Origin: a bacterium | Lineage (GTDB): Bacteria; Elusimicrobiota; Elusimicrobia; UBA1565; UBA9628 | Length of the DNA: 64,000 nt | Assembly (NCBI GenBank): GCA_021822495.1 | Contig: JAKAQO010000006.1 | Coordinates: 20,092-84,091 of the forward strand | Reading direction: 5' to 3' | In this document: one piece after another, positions 8,176 to 17,640 of the stretch | Numbering within the stretch: the stretch's first letter is position 1 | Layout: every line of letters starts with the position of its first letter | Translations under genes and position numbers: made by a program | Notes under the pieces: generated by a model | Databases searched by the model: none | What the model was told of the DNA's origin: nothing | What the model saw: the letters and a program-made list of their open reading frames with translations, nothing else

Positions 8176-10227
8176 ATGATCGGCGACATTGTCTCTAAAT
8201 GGATGCCGTTTCCCGAACGCTATTATCATAAGCCCAAGGACTGGGCCAATAATCTGCGCCCGGATTCCGAATTCTCCGACACTGGGCATGTGCCTCATTT
8301 GCTGAAAAATACCGTTCTCAAAGCCCAAGAAGCCTTGCTGAGAATGCAGAACCATAAAGAAGGATTTTGGTGCGGCCCGCTTAAATCCGATACGACAATC
8401 GTTTCCGATTCCGTCATGCTGTTTAACTTTCTGGGCCGGGGCCAAGATGCCAAGGTTCAAAAAATGGCCGCCCATATTATTCGAGAGCAGGCTCCGGACG
8501 GCGGTTGGCCGATTTATAAAAACGGTCCCTCAGATGTTTCCGCGACGGTCAAAGCGTATTGGGCTTTAAAATTCGCCGGATACTCTCCTCAAGACGCGCG
8601 GATGCAGGCGGCGCGAAAGAAAATTCAGGATCTCGGCGGCATCCACAAGGTCAACACCTATACAAAATTTTACATGGCCGTTTTCGGACAGTATGACTGG
8701 AAGGGCGTTCCAACGATTTTGCCGGAATTGATGCTGTTTCCGAAATGGTTTTATTTCAGCATTTATGCGATGAGCTCCTGGACGCGGGCCATCGTCATTC
8801 CGCTTTCCATTGTTTGGGCCAAGCCTCCGAAAATTTCCTGTCCTCCTCATGCCGCTTTAGATGAGTTGTTTCCGGATTCTCGCCGCTATGTGCCGCTCAA
8901 GGACACGATGCCGCCGCATGGATTTTTTTCCTGGACGAATTTCTTTTTGTTGTGGGACCAGGGCCTGAAAAAACTAGAAGGCCACGGCGGACATTGGATT
9001 CGCCAATGGGCTCTGCGCTTGGCCGAGGATTGGATTTTGCATCGTTTAGAAGGTTCTGATGGTCTTGGCGCTATTTATCCCGGCGTCATCAACACCATCA
9101 TGGCCATGAAGTGTTTGGGATATCCAGATACCGATCCGCGTTTCATCGAACAAATGCGGGTGTTGGAGCGCTGGGAATTAGATGACGGCGAGGCCTTGCA
9201 GTATCAGCCTTGCCAATCTCCGATTTGGGATACGGCGATTTCCATTATTGCCCTGGCCGAATCAGGGCTTGAGAGAAACCATCCGGATCTCATTGCGGGC
9301 GCTCGTTGGCTGATTTCCAAGGAAATTCGCGTCGCGGGCGATTGGCGGGCGACCAACCCCTTAGCTCCCATCGGCGGCTGGTATTTTGAATTTAACAACA
9401 CCCATTATCCCGATATTGATGATACGGCGATGGTGATGTTGGCCCTTCGGCATGTTGAGATGGATGAGTCATTAGGGCAAGCCCGAGAACGGTCGTGTTT
9501 GCGCGGCATCAACTGGCTTTGGGGCATGCAGTCCCGTTCCGGGGGCTGGGCGGCGTTTGATAAAGATAATACAAGGGCGATTCTGACGAAAATCCCTTTT
9601 GCCGATCATAACGCGATGATTGACCCGCCCACGGCGGACGTCACGGCCCGGGTTTTGGAATTTATGGGTTATGTCGGTTATGATTTGAGCTATCCACGAA
9701 TTGAAAAAGCGGTTCAATTTTTGCGCCAATGTCAGGAAAAAGACGGTTCTTGGTTTGGGCGTTGGGGCGTCAATTACATTTACGGAACCTGGCAGGTCTT
9801 GAGAGGCTTGTCGGCGATTGGAGAAGAGATGAGTCTTCCCTATGTTCGTAAGGCCGTTGATTGGCTGAAATCCGTTCAGTTAGATGACGGCGGCTGGGGG
9901 GAGCGTTGCGACACGTATAATGATCCCTCGCTTAAGGGTCAAGGGCCTTCGACTCCTTCTCAGACGGCCTGGGCTCTCATGGGCCTTTTAGCGGCAGGTG
10001 AAAGCGTGGAGAGTGAACCCGTTCGCCGCGCCGTGGATTATTTGATTCGGACCCAAAAAATCGACGGAACCTGGGATGAAAACGAATGCACGGGAACCGG
10101 GTTTCCGAAAGTTTATTATTTGGAATACACGATGTATCGCCAATATTTCCCGCTTCAAGCCTTGGGGAGTTATTTAAAAATTTTATCGTCGAAAACAAAA
10201 AAGTCGTCGGTCGTTCAAGTCGCATAA
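8176..10227 (+). CDS. shc: Squalene-hopene cyclase
   Basis: The catalytic DxDD motif (DIDDTAMV) and multiple QW repeats (e.g. QxxDGGWG, RSGGWAAF, KDGSWFGRWG) are present. The ORF is open from TTG 8122. ATG 8176 is preferred because a GAGG lies upstream. Confidence 0.9.
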   Translation: MIGDIVSKWMPFPERYYHKPKDWANNLRPDSEFSDTGHVPHLLKNTVLKAQEALLRMQNHKEGFWCGPLKSDTTIVSDSVMLFNFLGRGQDAKVQKMAAHIIREQAPDGGWPIYKNGPSDVSATVKAYWALKFAGYSPQDARMQAARKKIQDLGGIHKVNTYTKFYMAVFGQYDWKGVPTILPELMLFPKWFYFSIYAMSSWTRAIVIPLSIVWAKPPKISCPPHAALDELFPDSRRYVPLKDTMPPHGFFSWTNFFLLWDQGLKKLEGHGGHWIRQWALRLAEDWILHRLEGSDGLGAIYPGVINTIMAMKCLGYPDTDPRFIEQMRVLERWELDDGEALQYQPCQSPIWDTAISIIALAESGLERNHPDLIAGARWLISKEIRVAGDWRATNPLAPIGGWYFEFNNTHYPDIDDTAMVMLALRHVEMDESLGQARERSCLRGINWLWGMQSRSGGWAAFDKDNTRAILTKIPFADHNAMIDPPTADVTARVLEFMGYVGYDLSYPRIEKAVQFLRQCQEKDGSWFGRWGVNYIYGTWQVLRGLSAIGEEMSLPYVRKAVDWLKSVQLDDGGWGERCDTYNDPSLKGQGPSTPSQTAWALMGLLAAGESVESEPVRRAVDYLIRTQKIDGTWDENECTGTGFPKVYYLEYTMYRQYFPLQALGSYLKILSSKTKKSSVVQVA

Positions 10228-10243
10228 ATCGAGGAAACACACT

Positions 10244-11353
10244 ATGCCATCACCAATGTCGATGCAGTTGTCCGTTCTTAAACACATCCTCAAACAGAAA
10301 ATTAAGGGAAACAAAAAGTATCCACTTGTCATGATGCTCGAACCCTTATTTGCCTGCAACCTGGAATGCGCGGGATGCGGGAAAATTCAATATCCGACCG
10401 ATATTTTGCGAAAGCGCCTAAGCCCGGAAGAGTGCTGGGAGTCTGCTGAAGAATGTGGGGCGCCGGTTGTCTCTATTGCGGGCGGGGAGCCCTTGGTTCA
10501 CCCCCAAATTGACACAATCGTGGAGGGGCTTATTGCGCGCGGCAAGTATATCTATCTTTGTTCAAACGCCATTTTGCTTGAGAAAAACATTCATCGCTTC
10601 AAACCTTCGCCCAAGCTCATTTTTTCAATTCACTTAGACGGCGTTGAAAAGACCCACGACCGGATGGTTTGCCGGGACGGAGTTTATAAGACCGCCGTTT
10701 CCGCGATTAAGCTCGCCAAATCAAAAGGCTTTAACGTGATGACCAATTCGACGATTTTCCAGGGAGAATCCTCCGAGGAATTCCGCCGCTTCTTTGACGA
10801 AACGATGGCCTTGGGGGTTGACGGGATGATGATTTCTCCCGGATACGCCTATGAGAAAGCCCCGGAGCAGGCTCTTTTTCTCAAAAACGAACAGACCAAA
10901 TCCTGGTTTAAAGAGACGCTTAAGGACTGGAGAAAGATGGGGTGGGACTTCAATCACAGCCCCTTCTATCTTGACTTCCTGGCTGGTCTACGCGATTATG
11001 ATTGCACGCCCTGGGGAACTCCGCTTCGTAACATTTTCGGCTGGCAAAAGCCCTGTTACCTAATGGCTGACGGCGGCTACGCGAAAACCTATAAAGAACT
11101 TTTGGAGACGACGGACTGGTCTCAGTACGGCCATGCCTCCAAAAATCCAAAATGCGCCAACTGCATGGTCCATGTCGGCTTTGAGCCTTCGGCGGTTGTG
11201 GAAGGCTTTTCGAGCTTGCCGCGCTTTATGGAAATGGTTCTTGATTTCGCGACCATCAAGGGGCCTAAAAAAGCTCAAAGCGCTTATCCGAGAAGAATCG
11301 AGACGGATGAGAAATTAGTTTCTGTCGGGAGCAAGGATTCTTCCGCGCATTAA
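10244..11353 (+). CDS. hpnH: Adenosyl-hopene transferase HpnH (radical SAM)
   Basis: 369 aa. It has a CxxxCxxC radical-SAM cluster (CNLECAGCGK) in the YPLVMMLEPLFACNLECAGCGKIQYP context characteristic of HpnH. It lies immediately after shc. Confidence 0.9.
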   Translation: MPSPMSMQLSVLKHILKQKIKGNKKYPLVMMLEPLFACNLECAGCGKIQYPTDILRKRLSPEECWESAEECGAPVVSIAGGEPLVHPQIDTIVEGLIARGKYIYLCSNAILLEKNIHRFKPSPKLIFSIHLDGVEKTHDRMVCRDGVYKTAVSAIKLAKSKGFNVMTNSTIFQGESSEEFRRFFDETMALGVDGMMISPGYAYEKAPEQALFLKNEQTKSWFKETLKDWRKMGWDFNHSPFYLDFLAGLRDYDCTPWGTPLRNIFGWQKPCYLMADGGYAKTYKELLETTDWSQYGHASKNPKCANCMVHVGFEPSAVVEGFSSLPRFMEMVLDFATIKGPKKAQSAYPRRIETDEKLVSVGSKDSSAH

Positions 11354-11356
11354 TTA

Positions 11357-12385
11357 ATGGAAACCTGTTTTCTCACCGGAGGGACGGGCTTTGTCGGCGC
11401 CAATCTCGCGAGGCTTTTAATTGAGAAAGGTTTTCATGTCCGCGCCTTGGCCCGAAAAGGTTCGAACCGTAAGAATCTTGAAGGTGTTCCGATTGAGATT
11501 ATCGAAGGCGGTTTGTCGGATGAGGCGGCTCTAAAAGCGGGGTGCAATGGCGCAAAATACGCTTTTCACTGCGCGGCGGATTACCGGCTGTGGGTCCGAA
11601 ATCCCGGAGAGATGTATAAATCCAACGTTCAAGGCGCCGTCTCCGTGATAGAAGCGGCGGCAAAAGCGGGATGCGAAAAAATTGTCCATTGTTCGTCAGT
11701 GGCCGTGGTTAAGCCCAGGCATGACCATCGTCCGGCGGATGAAACTTCCGAATACTCATCCGAGACTGAAATTGTCAGTCACTATAAAAAATCAAAGTTT
11801 TTAGCTGAAAAAGAAGCTTTGAAACTGGCTCAAAAAGGCGCTCCAGTCGTGGTCGTCAATCCCGCCGCGCCCATCGGTCCTTATGACATTAAACCGACGC
11901 CGACTGGAAAAATCGTCGTTGATTTTTTAAACGGGCGCATTCCTTCTTATATCGAGACCGGGCTCAATGTGGTTTTTTCCCGAGATGTGGCCTTGGGGCA
12001 TTTTTTAGCCGCGGAGAAAGGACGCATCGGCGAACGTTACATTTTGGGCGGAGAAAACATTACCTTTAAAGCCATGCTTGAAATTTTAGCCGACATCAGC
12101 GGTTTGCCCGGACCTCAATTTAAAACGCCTTATTCCGTGGCTTATGTTTTCGCGGCCCTTGATTCCGCGCGCGCGCGCCTGATGGGCTCGGAACCCTTGG
12201 CGCCATTAGATGCCGTTAAAATGGCTAAATATTATATGTGGTTTGATTCTTCCAAGGCTGAAAAAGAATGGGGATATCGTCCTGTTTCTGCGCGTGAAGC
12301 CCTCAAAAGCGCGGTGGACTGGTTTGTCAAGAACGGATATGTTTCCAAAAAAATTGAGGAACGGATGAAAGTATGCCCTTCATGA
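11357..12385 (+). CDS. hpnA: Hopanoid-associated NAD-dependent sugar epimerase/dehydratase HpnA
   Basis: 342 aa. Rossmann motif TGGTGFVGANL and a YxxxK motif (YKKSK). It sits between hpnH and hpnG. Confidence 0.8.
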   Translation: METCFLTGGTGFVGANLARLLIEKGFHVRALARKGSNRKNLEGVPIEIIEGGLSDEAALKAGCNGAKYAFHCAADYRLWVRNPGEMYKSNVQGAVSVIEAAAKAGCEKIVHCSSVAVVKPRHDHRPADETSEYSSETEIVSHYKKSKFLAEKEALKLAQKGAPVVVVNPAAPIGPYDIKPTPTGKIVVDFLNGRIPSYIETGLNVVFSRDVALGHFLAAEKGRIGERYILGGENITFKAMLEILADISGLPGPQFKTPYSVAYVFAALDSARARLMGSEPLAPLDAVKMAKYYMWFDSSKAEKEWGYRPVSAREALKSAVDWFVKNGYVSKKIEERMKVCPS

Positions 12386-13119
12386 CTGATTCGCCCCGCG
12401 CCTTTCAAAAAGAAACCGTTTCCCAGATGTTTCCGACTCTCATTTGCGCGGCGACCGCCTGGGAAGCTCGCCCTATCGCTCAAGCCCTCAATCTGAAGGA
12501 GACGGTTTCTGATTCCTTCTTCGGAAAATGGGGGGGGCGTTCGATTCTTCTCGTGAAAACGGGAATGGGCGAAGCGGCTTTGAACAAAAGACTTTCAGAT
12601 TTGCCCGAGAAAAGCGTGTTCTCCCGCGTTATTTCCACGGGCTTTTGTGGCGCTTTAAAACCGGAACTTTTGACCGGGGATATTGTCTGTGACGGTGATC
12701 TCGATTCTTTGTCCGAGAAGATAAAAAAAACAGGAGACGCCCTTAGACTTAAAGCGTATCTTTCTTCGATAGCCCATACGGGTGAAGTTCTTTATTCTCC
12801 AAAACTTAAGAAGTCTTTCGCGGAAAAAACCGGGGCCGCGGCTGTTGATATGGAGACCGCGCCTTTAAAATCTTGGGCCAAGAAAACAAACCCCGACTGC
12901 GAATTTATCTCCATTCGCGCGGTTTTGGATTGCCTAGATGATTCTCTTCCCGCTGATTTACCTCAAAGCGAGAATTTTATCTCTTTTATTTGGTATTTTC
13001 TTTCTCATCCCCTTTCCTGGGCGAGTTTTGGGAAACTTTACTTTAAACAGAAAAAAGCCGCAAAGGCCTTGGTTCAATTTTTAGGACATCTTTTAGAAAA
13101 TTCGGGAGATTTTAAATGA
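12373..13119 (+). CDS. hpnG: Hopanoid-associated phosphorylase/nucleosidase HpnG (PNP/UDP-1 family)
   Basis: 248 aa. It resembles nucleoside phosphorylase/MTA-nucleosidase proteins (VKTGMGEAA, AAAVDMET) and lies in the hpn operon. An alternative start is the ATG at 12382 (ATGA overlap). Confidence 0.7.
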   Translation: MPFMTDSPRAFQKETVSQMFPTLICAATAWEARPIAQALNLKETVSDSFFGKWGGRSILLVKTGMGEAALNKRLSDLPEKSVFSRVISTGFCGALKPELLTGDIVCDGDLDSLSEKIKKTGDALRLKAYLSSIAHTGEVLYSPKLKKSFAEKTGAAAVDMETAPLKSWAKKTNPDCEFISIRAVLDCLDDSLPADLPQSENFISFIWYFLSHPLSWASFGKLYFKQKKAAKALVQFLGHLLENSGDFK

Positions 13120-14054
13120 GAAAGACCCTCATCCGGGAAGCGGAGATTTCCTTGGAGTCCTATCTTTCCGCTTATTCAAAAATGGTGGATGCTGAATTGA
13201 AAAAACTGTTTGTCCGACATGCGGAAGAGCCGGCTTCTATTCTTAAGGCGATGAGTTATTCCATTTTCGCCGGCGGCAAGCGCCTGCGCCCGATTTTGGT
13301 TTTGGCCGCTCATGAGTGCTGCGGGGGAAAAGCAAAAGACGCGCTTAAAACCGCAGCGGCTTTGGAAATGATTCACACCTACTCCCTCATTCATGACGAT
13401 TTGCCGGCGATGGATGACGACGATTTAAGGCGCGGACGCCTGACCAACCACAAGGTTTTTGGAGAGGCGCTGGCGATTTTGGCGGGAGACGGGCTTTTGA
13501 CCTATGCCTTTGAAGTCGCGGCCCAAAACAGCGCGGAGATGGGGCTTGATGGAAAGCGCGCGTCGGCCCTCATTCAAGCGATTGCTTGCGGCGCCGGGTC
13601 TTCCGGGATGGTGGGAGGGCAGGTCGCGGATTTGGAAGCGGAGGATTGGCAAAATAAGAATCACGGCTTTAACCCCAAGCGCCATTTGGAATACATTCAC
13701 CTTCACAAGACCGCTTCTTTGATTATGGCGAGTTTGGAAGCGGGTGGGATTTTGGCCCGCGCGTCCGAGAGTCGTCTTAAGGCCTTGTCCGATTATGGCC
13801 GTTCTTTGGGACTTGCCTTTCAAATCGCCGACGATGTTTTGGACGCGGTCGGGGACAAAAAGAAAATGGGTAAAATGGGTTCGGATGCCGCCAATCACAA
13901 GCTCACCTATGTTTCTCTTTACGGAGTGGAAAAGGCGCGGCAAATGGCCCGGACAGAAGCGGAAAAGGCCAAAGCGGCCTTGGGCGTTTTTTCGGCGCAG
14001 CAAAATCAATGGCTTAAACGGATCGCAGATTATACTATCGAGAGGGATAAATAA
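13116..14054 (+). CDS. ispA: Polyprenyl (farnesyl/geranylgeranyl) diphosphate synthase
   Basis: 312 aa. First Asp-rich motif LIHDDLPAMDDDDLRRG and second Asp-rich motif FQIADDVLD. ATGA overlap with hpnG. Confidence 0.85.
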   Translation: MRKTLIREAEISLESYLSAYSKMVDAELKKLFVRHAEEPASILKAMSYSIFAGGKRLRPILVLAAHECCGGKAKDALKTAAALEMIHTYSLIHDDLPAMDDDDLRRGRLTNHKVFGEALAILAGDGLLTYAFEVAAQNSAEMGLDGKRASALIQAIACGAGSSGMVGGQVADLEAEDWQNKNHGFNPKRHLEYIHLHKTASLIMASLEAGGILARASESRLKALSDYGRSLGLAFQIADDVLDAVGDKKKMGKMGSDAANHKLTYVSLYGVEKARQMARTEAEKAKAALGVFSAQQNQWLKRIADYTIERDK

Positions 14055-15991
14055 TGTCACAAGAAAATTCGCGCGCGTCTTTAGGAAATGAATGGCCGCT
14101 TTTAACGACGATTAACGATCCGGCGGATTTAAGAAAACTTCCGGTTGAAAAATTACCGCAGGTTTCCTCTGAGTTGCGTGATTATCTTATCAATACAGTG
14201 TCTCAAATCGGCGGTCATTTCGGCTCAAGCCTCGGCGCGGCCGATATCGCGGTCGCTTTGCACTACGTTTTCAATACTCCCAAGGATAAATTGGTTTGGG
14301 ATACCGGACATCAAACCTATGGACATAAGGTTTTGACCGGCCGCCGGGACGCCTTGAAAAAAATTCGCCATTTTAGCGAAATCTCCGGATTTTTAAAGCG
14401 CGCGGAATCGCCTTATGACTCTTTCGGCGCGGGGCACGCTTCGACTGCGATTTCCGCGGCCTTGGGAATGGCCGCGGCCCGCGATATTCAAGGTGAGAGT
14501 AATAAGGTCGTGGCGATTGTTTCAGACGGCTGCATGACCGGAGGAGAATCCTACGAGGGCCTTCAAAACGCCGGTCAAATTCAAAGCGACATGATTGTCG
14601 TTTTAAACGATAATCAAATGTTTATTTCCCACCGGGTCGGAGCCTGGGGAGTCTTTTTGACCCGGCTTTTGACCTTGGGCGCGGTTCAAGGCGCGCATAA
14701 ACAAGTCGAAAAATTTTTGGCGCGCTTTAAGTTTTGGGGCGGGGTTGTCATGCGGGTGGCCAAGCGCGCGCGGGTGCTCCTCTTTCCCGGAATGCTTTTT
14801 GAAGAAATGGGATTTTCCTATTTTGGGCCGGTGGACGGCCACGACGTGAAGGGCTTGGTCGAGGTTTTTCGGCATGTCAAGGAACTCAAGGGCCCGATTC
14901 TTGTTCATTGCGTGACTAAAAAGGGAAAAGGCTACGCTCCCGCGGAAGCGGACGCGATTACCTGGCACGGCCCGGGCAAATTCGACGCGAAAACCGGAAC
15001 GATGCTCAAATCAACTGCGAAAGCGCCGCCGTCTTACACAGCGGTTTTTTCAAAGGCGATTCTCAAAGAGGCCGAAGCGGATCCCAAAATCGTTGGAATT
15101 ACGGCCGCGATGCCGGAGGGAACCGGAATGGACGCTTTTAGGGATAAATTTCCAAAGCGTTATTTCGACGTAGGGCTGGCCGAAGAACATGCGGTCACTT
15201 TCGCGGGCGGCCTTGCCGCTTCGGGGCAAAAACCCGTCGTCGCGATTTATTCGACTTTTCTTCAAAGAGGCTTTGATCAAATCGAGCATGATATCTGTCT
15301 GCAAAATCTGCCGGTGGTTTTCTGTCTTGACCGCGCGGGACTGGTGGGCGAAGACGGGCCGACCCATCATGGGGTTTTCGACTACAGTTATCTCCGGATC
15401 ATTCCGGGGATGACGGTCATGGCTCCGGCGGATGAAAACGAATTGCAGCACATGCTCAAAACCGCCTTGCATCTCAATGCGCCGGTGAGCATTCGCTATC
15501 CGAGAGGCGCGGGGCAAGGAGTCGAGATGGAGCCGGAAGCGAAGCTCCTTCCCATTGGAAAAGCTGTGCGTCTGCGGGACGGCCGAGACGTAACAATTCT
15601 AGCGATTGGAAACCGGGTACATCCGTCTCTTGAGGCCGCAAAGATGCTGGACGAGCGCGGAATTTCCGCCGGCGTCGTCAATATGCGCTTTGTGAAACCC
15701 TTGGACGTCGAAATGATCAAGGAATGCCTGCGCATCAGCCCTCATTTAGTGACGGTGGAAGACAACGTTCTTCAGGGCGGCTTTGGAAGCGCGGTGTTAG
15801 AAGCGTTGGGAGACGCTCCCGCTTCGGTTTTGCGAATTGGAATTCCCGATCGTTTTGTCGAGCATGGAGCGTCGGCTCTCCTTTATGATCATATCGGCCT
15901 TTCGGCGCCCAAGATTGCCGAACGCGTGGGAGAGTGGATGAAAGGAAAAGCTGCCAGCGGTCTCAAAGTCGGGGCGGGACAAGGAGCGTAA
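14054..15991 (+). CDS. dxs: 1-deoxy-D-xylulose-5-phosphate synthase
   Basis: 645 aa. It has the Dxs pattern GGHFGSSLGAADIAVALHYVFNTP, a GHQTYGHK motif and the ThDP motif SDGCMTGGESYEGLQNAG. TAATG overlap with ispA. Confidence 0.95.
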   Translation: MSQENSRASLGNEWPLLTTINDPADLRKLPVEKLPQVSSELRDYLINTVSQIGGHFGSSLGAADIAVALHYVFNTPKDKLVWDTGHQTYGHKVLTGRRDALKKIRHFSEISGFLKRAESPYDSFGAGHASTAISAALGMAAARDIQGESNKVVAIVSDGCMTGGESYEGLQNAGQIQSDMIVVLNDNQMFISHRVGAWGVFLTRLLTLGAVQGAHKQVEKFLARFKFWGGVVMRVAKRARVLLFPGMLFEEMGFSYFGPVDGHDVKGLVEVFRHVKELKGPILVHCVTKKGKGYAPAEADAITWHGPGKFDAKTGTMLKSTAKAPPSYTAVFSKAILKEAEADPKIVGITAAMPEGTGMDAFRDKFPKRYFDVGLAEEHAVTFAGGLAASGQKPVVAIYSTFLQRGFDQIEHDICLQNLPVVFCLDRAGLVGEDGPTHHGVFDYSYLRIIPGMTVMAPADENELQHMLKTALHLNAPVSIRYPRGAGQGVEMEPEAKLLPIGKAVRLRDGRDVTILAIGNRVHPSLEAAKMLDERGISAGVVNMRFVKPLDVEMIKECLRISPHLVTVEDNVLQGGFGSAVLEALGDAPASVLRIGIPDRFVEHGASALLYDHIGLSAPKIAERVGEWMKGKAASGLKVGAGQGA

Positions 15992-15992
15992 A

Positions 15993-16979
15993 ATGGGAAA
16001 AGAAAACGACGAGATTAAAATTGAAAAACTCATTTTAGCCCGTTTGCGTGGGTTTTGCGCCGGGGTTGTCCGCGCCATTGACGTCGTTGAAAAAGCTCTG
16101 GAAGTGTGCGGGCGCCCGGTCTATGTTCGTCATGAGATCATCCACAACCGCTATGTGGTGGACGGCTTAAGAGCGAAAGGCGCCATCTTTGTCGAAGACT
16201 TATCCGAAGTTCCGCCCGGGTCCTGGCTGATTTTTTCCGCGCACGGGGTTTCTCCGGCGGTGGTTCAGGAAGCGAAAGACCGGAATCTCAAAGCTATTGA
16301 CGCGACTTGCCCTTTGGTGACCAAGGTTCATTTGGAAGCCAAGGCCTTGGCTAAAAAGGGTTATTCCATTTTACTCATTGGCCATGCCGATCACGTAGAA
16401 ACGATTGGAACCTTGGGTGAAGCTCCGGAGCATATCCGAGTCATCGGTAGCGCGATGGAAGCCGAAAAAGTTTCCGTTCCTGATCCCAATCGCGTCGCTT
16501 ATTTGACGCAGACGACTCTTTCCCTGGATGATACGCGAGAAATCGTCGCAGTTTTAAAAAGACGATTTCCGAATCTTCATGCTCCTTCTAAAGACGATAT
16601 TTGTTATGCGACTCAAAACCGTCAAAACGCGGTTAAGGCGATGGTCCCGCACATGGACCTTTTACTCGTTTTGGGCGCGCCGAATAGTTCCAACTCCATT
16701 CGTCTTTGCGAGGTGGCCAAGGCCAAGGGCCTGCGCTCGTACTTAATTGAGCGCGCGGCGGACATTAAGAAAGAATGGTTGAAAGGCGTTCGGATTTTGG
16801 GGCTCACCGCCGGGGCTTCCGCCCCTGAGGTTTTAGTCCAGGAAGTGGTTAAATACGTGAGAGATCATTTTGGCGTCAGCCAGGTTGAAGAATTTGAGAC
16901 GGTGGAAGAAAATATGCACTTCTCTCTTCCCTACGAGCTCGATCAAATCGTCAAATCCGCTTCCCTCGCCAAGAAATAA
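15993..16979 (+). CDS. ispH: 4-hydroxy-3-methylbut-2-enyl diphosphate reductase
   Basis: 328 aa. Motifs GFCAGVVRAI, HEIIHN, FSAHGVSP and ATCPLVTKVH are typical IspH/LytB Fe-S ligand contexts. Confidence 0.95.
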   Translation: MGKENDEIKIEKLILARLRGFCAGVVRAIDVVEKALEVCGRPVYVRHEIIHNRYVVDGLRAKGAIFVEDLSEVPPGSWLIFSAHGVSPAVVQEAKDRNLKAIDATCPLVTKVHLEAKALAKKGYSILLIGHADHVETIGTLGEAPEHIRVIGSAMEAEKVSVPDPNRVAYLTQTTLSLDDTREIVAVLKRRFPNLHAPSKDDICYATQNRQNAVKAMVPHMDLLLVLGAPNSSNSIRLCEVAKAKGLRSYLIERAADIKKEWLKGVRILGLTAGASAPEVLVQEVVKYVRDHFGVSQVEEFETVEENMHFSLPYELDQIVKSASLAKK

Positions 16980-16998
16980 AAGGGGACAGTCCCCTTTT
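16978..16998. terminator. Bidirectional intrinsic terminator, A4-GGGGACAGTCCCC-T4
   Basis: The same palindrome family as at 5890. It lies exactly between convergent ispH (ends 16979) and orn (ends 17000). Confidence 0.7.
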
Positions 16999-16999
16999 A

Positions 17000-17551
17000 T
17001 TACCGGAAAACCGTCTTTCGGTAATAGGTGAGTTCCGCGATGGACTCGCGGATATCTTCCAGGGCTTGGTGCTTTTTGTTTTTCTGGTGCTCGTATTTTT
17101 TATCCGGGTACCAGCGCGCGACCAGCTCTTTAACCGTGCTGACGTCCACCGAACGGTAATGGAAAAACTCATTGAGAAGGGGCATATATTTGGCCAGAAA
17201 TCGGCGGTCTTGCCCGATGGTGTTTCCGCAAAGAGGAACCTTTCTCTGCGGGCAGTATTTGGCGACAAATTCAATCGTGCGCGCCTGGGCTTCGAGAACT
17301 TCAACGGTTGAACTGCGCACGCGTTCGATAAGGCCGGATTTAGCGTGAGTTTCCCGGCACCAAGCGTCCATCAAAGCCAAGGCGTGTTCGCTTTGGCGGA
17401 TGGCGATGACTGGGCCTTCCGCGATGAGGTTGAGTTCGCTGTCGGTGACAATGGTCGCGATTTCCAGGATCGCGTCTTTTTCCGGATCCAAGCCGGTCAT
17501 TTCTAAATCGAGCCAGGCGAGATGGTTCTCTTTTTGCATAAGAGTTATCAT
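17000..17551 (-). CDS. orn: Oligoribonuclease
   Basis: Contains LAWLDLEMTGLDPEKDAILEIA (DEDDh exonuclease motif I) and a C-terminal HQALEDIRESIAEL motif. The ORF is open to TTG 17575. ATG 17551 or 17539 fits the Orn N-terminal length better. Confidence 0.85.
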   Translation of the reverse strand: MITLMQKENHLAWLDLEMTGLDPEKDAILEIATIVTDSELNLIAEGPVIAIRQSEHALALMDAWCRETHAKSGLIERVRSSTVEVLEAQARTIEFVAKYCPQRKVPLCGNTIGQDRRFLAKYMPLLNEFFHYRSVDVSTVKELVARWYPDKKYEHQKNKKHQALEDIRESIAELTYYRKTVFR

Positions 17552-17568
17552 AGCTAAAGTTTTAGGAC

Positions 17569-17597
17569 TTGACAACGAAATCTTTCTCTGCTAGACT
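17569..17597 (+). promoter_or_regulatory. Candidate sigma70-type promoter TTGACA-N17-TAGACT for the lipoprotein cluster
   Basis: TTGACA 17569-17574, an exact 17-nt spacer and TAGACT 17592-17597. An AAAGGAGA SD follows 6 nt before ATG 17641. Confidence 0.5.
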
Positions 17598-17640
17598 TGC
17601 GGGAGAGGGTATAAGGCTTCGTTAATAAAGGAGAATGTTT

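Noticed and set aside
13425-14060. Long antisense ORFs opposite well-supported genes. Examples are 211 aa opposite ispA, 208 aa at 48403-49029 opposite the TonB-like gene, 189 aa at 43597-44166, 155 aa at 4268-4735, 155 aa at 15050-15517 and 151 aa at 29894-30349.
   Set aside because: Their translations are Arg/Gly/Pro-rich with no recognisable motifs. The opposite-strand genes carry clear family signatures. These are typical shadow ORFs.
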